A stretch of 53,425 nucleotides of DNA from Rhizaria sp. SCN 62-66 (taxonomy: Eukaryota), in assembly GCA_001724265.1 (NCBI GenBank), contig MEDY01000280.1:1-53425 (forward strand). Reading direction: 5' to 3'. Of the stretch, positions 11,058-23,100 are shown piece by piece. The notes under the pieces are model-generated. The model had not been told where the DNA came from. It was given only the letters and a program-made list of their open reading frames with translations, and did no database searches. Numbering within the stretch: the stretch's first letter is position 1; every line of letters starts with the position of its first letter. A program made the translations under genes and the position numbers.

Positions 11058-11837
11058 ATGGCTACCGTGAACAAGCAGGCCGAGGCCTACAAGGAGAAGG
11101 GCAACGACGAGTTCCGCAAGGGTGACTTTGCCAAGGCGATCGAGAACTACACGTACGCCACCGAGATGGACCCCAAGAACCCCGTTTACTTCACCAACCG
11201 CTCCATGTGCTACTTCAAGATGGGCGAGCACGCAAAGTCCCTCCGCGACGCCGAGAAGTCGATCAAGCTCAACAACAACTGGGTCAAGGGCTACTACCGT
11301 GCTGGCATGGCGCAGGTCGAGATGGGCCAGTTCAAGGAGGCTGTCAAGTCGCTGGAGCAGGCGGCTGCGATGGAGCCCGCGACCGCAGCATACTCCGAGG
11401 CCGCCGCCGACGCCAAGCGCCGTCTGATGGCCACCATGACCAAGGCCGAGGTGACCAAGTTCGAGGGCAACGAGCTCTTCAAGTCCGGTGAGATCGACAA
11501 GGCGCTGGCCAAGTACGAGCGCGCCCTCACTGAGGTCAAGCCCACCGACGAGAAGACCAAGGCCATCGTGTCCGACATCTACGCCAACATCGCCATGTGC
11601 CAGCAGCAGCGCTGGGACTACTCCTCCGTCGTCGAGTCGTGCACCAAGTGCCTCGAGTTCGCCCCGCAGCACGTCAAGGCGCTGGTCCGCCGCGCCCAGG
11701 CGTATGAGAGCCTCGAGAAGTACAAGGCCGCGCTCGCCGACTTCGATGCCGCCTCGGCGCTCTCGCCCGAGCTGGAGATCGCGTACAAGGGCGCTGTCCG
11801 CCTCCGCGGCACGCTCCGCAAGCTCGGCGAGCTCTAA
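11058..11837 (+). CDS. TPR protein with two TPR clusters (Hsp70/Hsp90 co-chaperone-like)
   Basis: AEAYKEKGNDEFRKGDFAKAIENYT, YFTNRSMCY, WVKGYYRAG, then KFEGNELFKSGEIDKAL, YANIAMC, HVKALVRRAQAYE. Strong C/G third-position bias. ATG 11058, stop TAA. Confidence 0.93.
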   Translation: MATVNKQAEAYKEKGNDEFRKGDFAKAIENYTYATEMDPKNPVYFTNRSMCYFKMGEHAKSLRDAEKSIKLNNNWVKGYYRAGMAQVEMGQFKEAVKSLEQAAAMEPATAAYSEAAADAKRRLMATMTKAEVTKFEGNELFKSGEIDKALAKYERALTEVKPTDEKTKAIVSDIYANIAMCQQQRWDYSSVVESCTKCLEFAPQHVKALVRRAQAYESLEKYKAALADFDAASALSPELEIAYKGAVRLRGTLRKLGEL

Positions 11838-12198
11838 GCGAACCGGCTACTGCGATAACAGCAGTGACAACGGCAACAGCAGCGACCGGTGCCGGTTTGA
11901 AATGAAAGACGCTGGGGCCTTTGGTCGAACATGTGAATTTTGAGTGAGGGGCGCGCGGACGTATAAAGAACCATAACATGCGGCGTCCCGGAGAGAATAA
12001 TACAATATTTCAAAGGGTATCTTTACATTACACGTGTTCATTTCATCACAATGGTTTTGACTGAGATTAGAGAGATCGCGATTCAGACAGCAGCAGAGAG
12101 TGGGGTGGATGTTTGAGGTAATTTTGTGTATGCGCTTGAGTTTTAGAGTATGCTTAGCATACCAGTGTCTTGTTGTTTAAACAGAAACAATGGTGCAC

Positions 12199-12882
12199 TT
12201 ACGCGGACTCCTCAACGACGGCGGGGGCGTAGACGGACATGCCACCGGCGGGGGAGACGACCTTGAGGGAGCCGTTCTTGGTGAGCTCGCGAACCAGGCG
12301 GCGCGCCAGGGAGCCACGCCAACGGCGGAGTCGTAGAGCGCCTTGGTGAAGACGACACGGTTGTTCTTCTTCTCGCGGAGCTTGGTCTTCTGTGATTGGA
12401 CAGGAGAGTAGAGAGAGCAAGAGAGCGAGGAGAATCGAGACACAAGATGGAGGAGAGGGAAAGTGAGATTAAGCGAGCATATGTAGCGAAAGGTAGAGAA
12501 GAGTACAGTGGTGCTACAGAGGCACACGGCGGAGTTGAGGCCAATGCGGCAGGTCGGGAGGAATGAGATGATTACGAACCTTCTTGTTCTTGTTCTTAGA
12601 CTTCGAAGAGGACTGGGCAGCGAGAAGCTTGGCAGCCTTGGACTTCTGAACCTTGGGGGGCTGTGAGGTGCAACGAGAAAGATGATGAACACAACATAGA
12701 AAATGCACGTGAGCAACAGCGGCAACAAGAAGAGGACGGGCAGAGGCAATGGGGCAGGCAGCGAGTGGGCCGATCGACGCAATTGAAAAGAGAACAGAAC
12801 ACGCGAAATGCTCCGATATTAGGAATGTAACCAGATTGAATAGATATGATATCCCATAGAGAATCCTCACATGACGTACCAT
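12199..12882 (-). pseudogene. RPS25: 40S ribosomal protein S25 (eS25), frameshifted and internally deleted as assembled
   Basis: Exon 1 ATG 12882-12880, intron 12879-12661, exon 2 12660-12580 (PPKVQKSKAAKLLAAQSSSKSKNKNKK), intron 12579-12390, exon 3 12389-12199 = 191 nt (not 3n). KTKLREKKNNRVVFTKALYD is in one frame and GSLARRLVRELTKNGSLKVVSPAGGMSVY in another. Family identity is secure; pseudogene versus assembly error is not. Confidence 0.75.
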
Positions 12883-14117
12883 ACTGAATAGTTTACCTCA
12901 AGCAGAGCTTTCAAACGAAAATGATCGGCCCAGAGCCAGATCAAGGACCTGCGGCTCCACCCACAGCGCACCGGCTAAGGGCTCCCACCCCTTAGATCCC
13001 TCGACTGGCACTCACAGTCCCTGACCAGCTGGCCCGTCCTGTGCAAGACTGTTGAATGCCGAATAGTGGTGGTAGAGGAGGCTGTTTTCCGTTGATGTAT
13101 TATCTGTTTCACTTGTAGATTGCTGCGTAAGTTGTATACTTTGTGGTTCATTTATGCATATTAGGGGGTTCTTTACACAGTTCAACTGACGTGCTGTGTG
13201 TGGGGGCTAAGACCTACTCGTTGCAAGCTATCACCTCTGCGCGTCACGAGCCAGCATCGCGAAGTCTATTCTCATATTTGTGGCATCGCACGGGAGAGTA
13301 TTTATGTATATATGTTCTAATGGCACTATACGGTGCTTTGCGAGACCACTGGAGGCTGTTCCACCTTTCTGGAGAGCGACGTGCAGCTTGCCTCGTGCCC
13401 TTCACGCCATTTTCGTCATCTCGGTGCCGTATATTGGTAGATCTTGTGCCTATGTGCCTAAATATATGTGATGACATTGAGTTGATACGTCATGTGAGAC
13501 GGCTCAGTTGGCTTCTGAGCTTCGCTGCTTTTGGGACGACTGCGGCTTCGTTGTGACTCGGTGTGCGGCTGCTGAGACCGCGAAAGAACGCGCGCCCTTC
13601 TATCGGAGCGTGCAGTGTGGATATACAGGAATGCGGATAAAAATAAACAGCTTCAGACCATAGCACATGTAGTGACATATCATGGGAAGAGCGTTGGTGT
13701 GAAACTGCAATCTTCTTGACAGATGTATGCAGCAATGTGTATGTTTTGACCTGGTTCCGATGTAGGTCAGACCCATCGAATCTCCATGACGATGGCGAAC
13801 GTGAAAACTGATTAAGCGGGATGTCATGATCGTCAAATAGGCTGGAAGCAATTGGCCATAATTTATATTTGTAACTTGTTATTGAACAATCTTTTTGAAC
13901 CTTTATAGATTTGTTTTGGCGTCAGAAAACACTTGATTTGATCGCAGTGAACATACATGGATCTCACCTCACCCGCTTCCTATCCCATTCCTGCGACCAC
14001 TTTAATGTCCACTTTGGCTTTATTTAACAGGCATTTCAGTTACAAACCAGAATAACCTACCGGATATATCTTTGCCCCGTAATCCAGCTTCGAGATTGAG
14101 CTGCGTTACCACGCCCA

Positions 14118-17100
14118 ATGCCTCCCCCTTCCTCGGCCCGAGAGCCAACGTCACCCTCCACCTTGCCCGCTGCGGCCGTGGATCCCGCGGCCGTCGTAGC
14201 TGCCGCAACAGCTGCGTCCGCAATGCTCGCATCAGGCGAAACCTCTGCACGCGCGCTACTGGCGCAGTCAGGCTCTCTCGCCGCGCTGCCGCTGTTTGAC
14301 GCCGCGCCCTTCACCGCGCTCACAGTCGCGCTCACCGCGTCCGACGCCGCAACTGCCGCCGCTGCGGCCGCCGGCGACGCTTCCGCCGCGGCCGGCGCCG
14401 ACGCTGCGCACCCTGCACTTGCCCCCGCGGCGCTGGCGGACGTTTTTGGCGCTATCCGCGACCAGTGGCTGCGTGCCGCCGCCGTCGACGCCGAAATCAC
14501 TCACCTCTCCCATATTGACGCTCACAATGGCAGCGGCAAGGCGGGCGCTCACTCCGCCAGCGCCAGCGCGGGCACCGGTGACGCCAGTGATGCAAGCGCT
14601 GCGCGCTGTGTACATGCGCCGCTGGCCACGCCCGCGCTGGGCCCCTACGTGTCGCTGTTGACACTGCGTCTCGCAGCGGTTGCGGACGCCCTAGCCCCCG
14701 TCTCTGCCCACAGTCAGTCTGCTACATCGAGCGACACCGCGTCCAATCAAGCTGCTCTTTTGTGGCCCGCAGACTGCGGACTGGCCCCGCTTGCGCTCTC
14801 TCTGCCCTCTGGGAGCGCCAATGCGAGTGCTGGGAATACTGCAAATGCCACTTCGGACGCCACCGCTGCCGCTGCGATGACTTTGCTCTCCACCATCTCG
14901 GCGTCGACCCAGCGTGGCGCTGTTGGTCCCCGCGACAGTGCGTACAATCCCGTGCTCGCTGCGCGCGCTGCCGCCGCACGCCGGGTGTTTTGCATGTTTG
15001 TGCTGACATGGCTGCTTCCACTGTCGGGCTTCTCGTTCCCGCTCTTGCCGCCTGCGCCCACACTCGCCCGCGCGCGCGAGAACCCCCAGCCCACCGCATC
15101 CGCGCACGCGCAGCTACCGTCTCAGGCACAGGCGCAGGTGCAGGTACAGTCGGCGATGACGAAGCGTGCCGCGCAGGGCCAAGTGCTGGCGCTGCTGCTG
15201 GTGCTGGGCCGTGCCACGCGCGGCGGCGCAGCGGATCCCGCGGTGCTGTGTGCGATCACCGCGCTCACGGTCCCGCCGCGCGCGCTACTCACCGCGACCA
15301 CCAGCTCTGCGAACGGCGGTAGTCATCACACCGCAACCACTGTTGGCGCTGTTGCCGCGAACGCCGACCCAGTTGCTGCGGCAACCGAAGCCAACGCCGC
15401 GGCGTCCGCGGCGGCTGCGGCCTCAGCTGGCTCCGCGTTCGCCGTCACCGCTGCTGCCGCCGCGGCCGCTGCGACAGTCGGCACCGCTGCGGCCGCGTCC
15501 GTGGCCCCCGCCGCGGCCGCGGTCGCCGCGCTAGCGTCTCTGCACGCGCGCGCCGAGGTGAAGCCACTCGCCGGCGCTGCGGTGGGCGCGGCGACTGAGC
15601 CGCTGCTGCCGCCGCTGTCGTCCTTCGCCGACGCGTACGCGCACGCTGTGGCGCTCCTGCCGCCCGCGCAGTTCTGCCCTTTCCCGTTGCCGCCGCGCCG
15701 CGCGCGCGCGCACGCGGGCGGCGCCGAGGCAGAGGCTGAGGCTGCTGCTGTGGAAATCGAGGCCGAGGCGCTTGCGTCGGATGCCGTGGTTGACGCTGCG
15801 GGGTCGCAGTCGCGTCTGCTCGTCGTTGCGCACGCGCCGTCGACGCTGGCTGACCCGCGCGGCCGCGGGTTCCTCAAGGAGACGCTGCCCTTCGCCACGG
15901 CGGCTGCGCTCGCAGTCGCGCGCACGCCCGGCGCTGCGGCCGCCGCCGCCGCAGTTGTCGCCGCAGCGCTTACCACCTGTGACGGCGCCCGTGTCAACGC
16001 GCTTATCAGCGACAGCGAGGACGTGAGCGAGAGCGAGGGCGAGAGCGGCGTCGCTGACGCCAGAGTCTCCCCCGCCGTCGCCGCTGCGGCCGCATTGCCC
16101 CGCTCACAGCTGCTGCAGCGCGCGTTCGGGCCCGTGCCGCCAGCGCGCCTGCGTCTACGCGCGCGCAAGCCTGCGCACAGCCACGCCGGCGCCGCCGCAG
16201 CTGTCGTCGGCGCGGTGGCCGAGGAGGGTGATGAGAGCAGCTGCGACGAAGACGGCGCCGCGGCGGCGCTGCAAGAGCAGTGGCGCGGCCGCCGGGCCGC
16301 TGCGCGCGCGCGCTGCCACGCCAGCTCCAGCGCCAGCGCGAGCGCCAGTGATAGCACGGGGCCAGCGCATTACATCGACTGCGCGGTACCTGTCGCCAGC
16401 TCGGCAACTGCGAGCGCTGGGGCCGACTCGAAGGCGCTACGCACGGGCGCGCGCGGCGGTGTGACACTGTCGCTGACTACCGCGATGAACGACAACGATA
16501 TTGATAACGACGCGGGTTTTCTCGCCGGCGACGGTGACGATGACGACAACAACGGTGGTGCAAACGCGCTTGACAGTGCTGCAGCGCTGCGCCCTGCTGC
16601 CGGGCTGCCGGATGCCGCTGACGGTTACTCTTTCGCCTGCTGGGTTCGCCTCCCAGCTGCATCCACGCAGTCAGGCGATGAAGTCGCAACGCCGTCAACT
16701 GTAGGCACTCTGTTCCGTTACCGCGCCGACACCGGCGACGCCGTCGCGCTGCGCGTGTGCACTGCCACGGGCGCGCTCACGGTTACCACGCGCAATGGCG
16801 CCAGCCGCGTCCGTGCCCGCGCCACCGCGGCCGCCTCCAGCTACGGCAGCGACGACGACGACCGTGACGAAGACCTCACCGCTGCTGAGGCCGCCGCCGC
16901 GTGCGGTGGCGCTGGCGCGCTGTTTCCGGCTCCCGTGCTGCCGCGCGGCCGCTGGTGCCACGTCGTGCTGTCCCACCGCGGCGGCCACACCGGCGGCTTG
17001 ACTTCCGCGCCTCCCGCCGCGGACCCGCCTGCAGCCGCGTGCGCAGTGGCCGAGACGTTGCGCTACCTGCTCGCCTCCGCGCGCGGTGCCGCCGCGCCCG

Positions 17101-20100
17101 CGCCGGTGCTGGCCGGCGTGCTTACGCTCACCGTCGACGGCGCACTCGCGCTGGCGCTGCCGGCGCATTTCCCCGTCGCGGCCGAGAACGCCGCGGTGAC
17201 CGTGGGCGCCGCGCGGTGTGCACTCGCTGCACCGATGTGGCTGGCGCGCGCGCTGCCGGTCCGCGCCGCGCGCGCGCTGGGCGTCGCATGCGCTGGCGGT
17301 GCACTTCCCGCGCTCTCGCTCTCCTCTGCCGGCGCTCCAACGCTGACGCTGCGCGCAACGCCCGGTGCGGAGGCCGAGGCCGAGACGGTTGCCTGGGTCC
17401 ACGCCTCCTCCGCCGCGGCCTCGCGGTGGCCCGACACCGGCAGCGCGCAGAACGGCGCGCAGAGCGGCGCGCGCGCGTGCACGCTGTACCCTGCCGCGTG
17501 CGGCGACGCGGGCGCTCGGGCGCTGGTGCTGGCGTTGCTGGCGAGTGTCGGCGACCGCGCGACGACCGCGGCCACCGCGGCCGCCGCTGCTGCTGCTGCA
17601 CTGGCTGCGCGCTCAGTGGGCCGCAATGCGAGCGCCGACTCGCTCAGCGACAGCTTCAGCGCCTTTGCGGCTGAGTCGTCGCCCGTGGCTAGCACAGCCG
17701 CTGTTGCCGCGGCAACGGCCGCGTTCTCCGGCCCGGCGCTGCTGGCGCGCGCTGAGGCTGTGTACAGCGAGCTCTTGCCGCACGGCGCTGGCTTTATCAC
17801 GGCCCTGCGCGCACTGCTGCCGCCCTCGCGCCCGGTAGCTGCTGCTGCCGCTGCGGCGCTCGCGACCGTTGGCGCTGCTGGCGCTGGCGCGGCCACTGCA
17901 GTCGGCGCGTTTGAAGGAGCGCTTACGCCGCTGATTGATCCCACTGTGTCGCCTACCAACGTGGCCCCCGCAGCTCCCACAGCGCCAGCGCAGGGTCCGA
18001 TGGCAACGCTTGGCTTTGAGCTCACTGCGCCCGTGATTATGGCGCTCGATGCTGCGTCCTCGTCTTCCACTGATACCAGCGCTGGCGCCAATGCTCAGAC
18101 TGCTCTGGCGCTCGCACTCGCCAACTGGGAGCGCAGTGCCGCCGGCGATGTTAGCAACCAGAGTGCCGCGAACAAGAGCGTTGCGTCTGCGAGCTCGACG
18201 GTGTTGGCGCTGCGCGGTCTGAACCCTCATCCGCTGCTGCCACAAACACTCCCGCTTTCTTTCAGCGACAGTGCGGTTACCGTCCGTCACTCCGTGCCTG
18301 CCTCCGGCTTTACCGCTGTGGCTGCTGAGCCCGGCAACGGCCTCGCTGCGCTGGTGCTCGCGTCTTCGTCACAGCTGCTGCTTGGCCTCCCCTATGCATC
18401 CCCCGCTGCGCCTTTGGCCGCGGTCCGCGCAATGGCTGCGCTTGCCGCTGCGCCGGGCCCGCGCGCGCTACTCGCGAGCGCCGTCGGCCCCGCGGCTCTG
18501 CGCGCGCTGCTGCTCGATCCTGTCCCGCTTCTCTGGCGCATGGCAGCCAACGGCACCGCTAGCAACAGCGCCCCTGGTGCGAGTGACGCGAGAGAGCAGT
18601 GGCGGCGCAGCTTGTTCCGTGCCGTGCGTTTGCTCGCGCGCCGGCTCTACTGGGGCTCGGCCGCGGGGCTGGGCGCGTACGGCCGCAGCGCGCTCGCGGC
18701 GGGACTCATCAAATATCTCGTCGGCGACGTCACGTACTGGTGCCCACAGCCTTCGGCCCCCACCAGTGCTGACGCGGGCAGCCGCTGCGACGTGTGGATG
18801 CACACACACGTGGCAGCCGCGGTGGCCGAACTGTGGACGCACCCACTGACGCAGCCGCCGCCGCTGAGCGCCGCGGCCGCCGTCGCCGCGCGCATGCGCG
18901 TGTTTGCGGCCGCTCAGGCGCGCGCGAGCGCGTTACGCGCCGAGTTCTCGCGGCTGCAGCGTCAGCGTGCGTCGTTGCTGCACCAGTGGCAGCGCCACCA
19001 GCAGGCCTCAGCGCGGCTTGGCGCTAGCGCGGCGCAGTCGTCCTCCGGGGCCGGCCGCCGCGGCGCGCTGTTGTCTTCTTCGCAGGCGCAGGCGCTGGCG
19101 CAAAAGCTCAACGCGACGACCTCTGCACTCGACGCCGCTGCGCAGCGCTCGCGCACTGCAACGGCCACGGCCACCGCCGTTGCACCGCCGTTCCTGCTGC
19201 TGCCGCACCTCGCGAGCGACTCCCCGCTCGTTAGAGCCGAGGCTGCGAGCGGCGGCGCGGGCAGCAACACCAGTGCACCTGCGCTCGGTGCCGGCCTCGG
19301 TCCCGGCTTTATCCTGGACCTGGTCCGGTTGATGCACGCGCCGCATTTGGCACGTGGCTCCGCTCGTGCGGACTCGCTCATCGCTCCGTCCGAGAGTGAA
19401 GACGATGCCGGCTCTAAGGGATTTGCTCTTGTTCGCGTGTACGCGCGCGCGGCCGCCGAAGCGCTTCTGAGCCAGTGGGTCTCTCGTTGCGCGCGCAATG
19501 CTAAGACCGACACTGCTGCACCTCGTGACGCCATCCTCGCGATGGGACTGTCCAACGTTTCCACAGGTCTTGAACCCACCGCGAGCACGGCTGGTTCACG
19601 CAGTGTCGACGCCGATGCGGAGCCCTACTACGCGCTGACCGGCCCGACATCGCGCATTGTGACCGGCGCGACCGAGGGCGCTGCGGCGGACGCGGCCGTT
19701 GCTGCAGGCGGAAGCCAGGCTGCGGCCGCGGGTGCGAGCGCGGCGTCGTTCCTCGCGTTCCAGCATACGCAGCTCTGCGCGTTGCCGCTTACACCGTACG
19801 CCGTGCTAACTGTGCCGCGCTCTCGTGCGCTTGCGGTTGAGGCTGGCATTCGTTCTGCGCCAACAGCCCATGCGACCAACAAGAGCGCTAGCTCGAGTAC
19901 TAAGCCTATTACTGCGGAACCGCGTTCACTGTCAACGCTTGCGGCGCGTGCTCGCCGGCTTAACTTCTCTCGCGCGGACTGCGCGGCGCTGGCGCGTGCG
20001 CTGCATGCGCGCGTGGGCCGCTTCTTTCGCTCTATGCGCGCGGTGCGTCTGCGTGCGCTTAGGGCTCGCACTGCGGGCTCTGCTCTACCGCCTCCCGCAT

Positions 20101-23100
20101 CTGATGACGACGAAGAGGAGGAGGAAGAGAATGACGAGAGTGACAACGACGGTGAGTATGTTGGCGAGAAGAATGCTGACGGAGATGACGCTGAGACTGC
20201 AGCCTGGTGCGATGCGCTTTGGAACGCGCTCGCGCTTGATACCACGGTTGACAATAATGCAAGCTCTGCTGCAGCCGACGACGATAATGATGACGAAGGC
20301 GAGGACGAGGAAGCCGGACTTGCTGCACTCGAGACGTATCTCGCGCTTTCTGCAACGTTCGGCCTCGCACTTACGGACATGCCGCCTGTGCTTGTTCCTG
20401 CCTGCGCCATGCCCGGGCCTGCCGCGTCGGTGGCCGCGACGCCTGCAACTGCACTGTTGTCTGCTCCCGGCCGCCTCGGTCGGCGCTGGTTGCGCGCGCT
20501 TACTGCGCTAACTGGCCACGCGCGTGCCGCCGCCGCTGCAGCCGCCGCGGGCGTGCCGGTGCCGGCGCTCAACAACGTGACTGATCCTGCGGCTGTGGCC
20601 ACCGCCTCCGCCGCTGCGGCTGCGCTTGCGCGCGGCGCCGGCTCGCTTTTCAACGGCCTCACGCCTGCGATGCCGCCCAAGACGTTACTGCCGCTGCTCA
20701 ATGACAACGCTTCCCAATTCAACGCTTCTCTCAAGCCGTTGACGCTGGATTCGACAGCGCCTGCACGCCGGCTGCTCGCGTTGCTGCCGCCCGCACTCGC
20801 CTGCGCGGCCGCTCAGAAGGACTACAGCGATGTCTTGGCGCTGCTTGCGCTTGCCGCTGACTGCACGGAGGCCGCTGCCGGCCCCGCGGCGACCGAGCCG
20901 CTGCTGGGCGCAGTGCTTGAGACGTTGCTTGCTACGGTGCTCCTTGCGGGCCAGCCGCACGCTCTGTACACGGTCTTCCTGCAGCAGCACGTGCACCTGA
21001 CTTTGGCGCGCGTGCTTAGCCACGCGACGTCCTTCTCCTCAGCCGCGGTGCCCGCGCTCGTGCTGCGTGTGCTGCAACTGACCGTGGGTACGCTCGTCGG
21101 CAAGATGGTGTCCCGCGCCGCGCCACCCGCGCCCGTGACGTCCCCCGCGCCAGCACCGGGCCAGCCCGCGCTGCCGCCGCCGCCGGTGCCCGCGGGTCTG
21201 GGGCTCGGTGCAGCGACCGTGAGCGCGGCTGTCGGCGGCCCCGGCGCCAACTCCGCGGCCGCGCTTGACCCATTCTCCGTCACTCTCTATGTGCCGCTGA
21301 CGTCGGGCACCCAGGCCGGCACCCGGCTTGATCTGCTCGCGCTACGCTACCTTGAAGACGAGTCCGCTGCGGTCGAGCGCGCACTGTCTCTTGCGCTCGA
21401 CGCGGCGGACGCGCTCACAGTCACCAGCGTGGAGTGCGCTGTGAACGCGGACGAAGCCGTGGAGGCTTGCGCTCCGCTCGCGCGCTGCGCGGACTGGGCG
21501 AGCGCTGTTACGGGCGCGCACAGGGCGCAGCTCACCTCGGCCCTGGCGCTTACTGCGCGCGCTGTGCTGACGACGACCGACGCTGCCATGGCCGCGGGGT
21601 CTCGCGAGTCTCGCACGGGCACTCTCTCCGGCTTTGGCGTCACGGGCGAGGGGCTTGCGCGCGGTGTGCTCCAGTGGCCTTCGTCCGCCGCGGCGGCTCG
21701 CGCCCGTGCTCGGGCGCAGACGCTGCTTGGTATTGCATCCGAGACTACCGCGAACGATGACACGAAGAGTGACGACTGTGTTGTTGTCAGCGGGACTGTG
21801 TTCTCGGTGCTACTTGACGCTATTATGCCATTGCTGCCTTCTGATGTCATTCAGTCCACAGCGGCGCAGGCGAATGCCAATGCGCTGTTTGCGCCTTCAT
21901 GGTTGTATCTGTCAAGCTCGACTCACGGAACTGCGCCGCCGCTGGCCGCGTTGCCGCCGCCGTCGTTCCACTCCCTCACTTCGCCGCTGCTCACGGTCAC
22001 TGGTCCCGCTCCACTGATGGCGTTGCTGCGCCTGGCCGCGCGCGCTCCTGCTGACTGCGCTGCGCCGGCACTGCGCAGGTTGTATCTGCTTCTTGCACGT
22101 GACGTGCGCGCCGACTTTTTTGGTCCCGCGCGCGTCTGGGCCTGGTCCTCTGTTGCTGCACTGCCCGGTGTCCGTGGTTGGGAGCGCGCCGTCTCAGCCC
22201 TCACAGTCTCCGCCATTGCGCACGCATCTTCCGACTCGACTGACACCGATGACAACGCCCGCGCGCGCATGCTGGCGATGGCCACCGCGGTCCTTGCCGC
22301 AGCGCCCGCCGCCGCGTTCCTGGACCTCACTGCAGACGCCGCTGTGACCGGCGCGACCATGGCAGGCGCCGCTCCGCTGTCCGCCGTCCCCGCACTTGCG
22401 CCCGCCGCCGCTGCCGCTGCGTCCGCTGTCGCCGGAACGCTACGCCGCACGTCGGCCATGACGTCGCCGTCCCTCGCTGACGCTGCCGCAGCGGCCGCCG
22501 TCGTGGCTGGGTTGGAGGCGCGCTTCGGCCGCGGCATCTCACCCGCACCCGCCGGCTTCGCGTGGCTCCCGCCGCCGCCCGCTGCCGCGCTGCCTCTGCC
22601 GGGCGACGCCGCGGCCGCGCGTGGTGTGTTCGCCCCAGTTGCGCTGCCTGCAGCCTCCGCAGTTGCTGCGGCGTCTCCCGCGGCTGGTGGCGTAGACCTC
22701 TTCTCTGCGTCGTCCGCCTCAGCTGCTGCTGCCGCTGCCGCGCCACTGCGCTTGCTCCTGATTGCTGGCACAACTACCACCGTCGACGCCGCTGCCATCA
22801 TGCGGTTGCGTGCTGTGCTTGGTGGGGTTATCGAGATCAAGCCTTGGGCTGTCGACACCAGGGTCTCCGCACGCTCGCAGCCGGCTTCCGCGCTCACCGT
22901 CGCCGACGCCGCCGCTGCGGTTCCTCCTGCAAACGCGAGCGGCGACTCCGCGCGGCGCCGCAACTCCGCGGCAGCTGCTGCGGCCGCAGCGGCGACTGCC
23001 GCGGCCAGCGCCGCCGCGGCTGCCTCCGCGTCGCATGTGTGGTCCGTGGCCGCCGCGCTGGACAAGGGTATCGACAAGGCGCTTGTGCTGCCCGCCACTC

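Noticed and set aside
12975-12995. CTAAGGG-N7-CCCTTAG inverted repeat upstream of RPS25
   Set aside because: A 7-bp stem is expected by chance, and I saw no counterpart upstream of RPL15.
13143-13851. Short ORFs between RPS25 and the BEACH gene
   Set aside because: No codon bias or motifs. Treated as divergent intergenic DNA.
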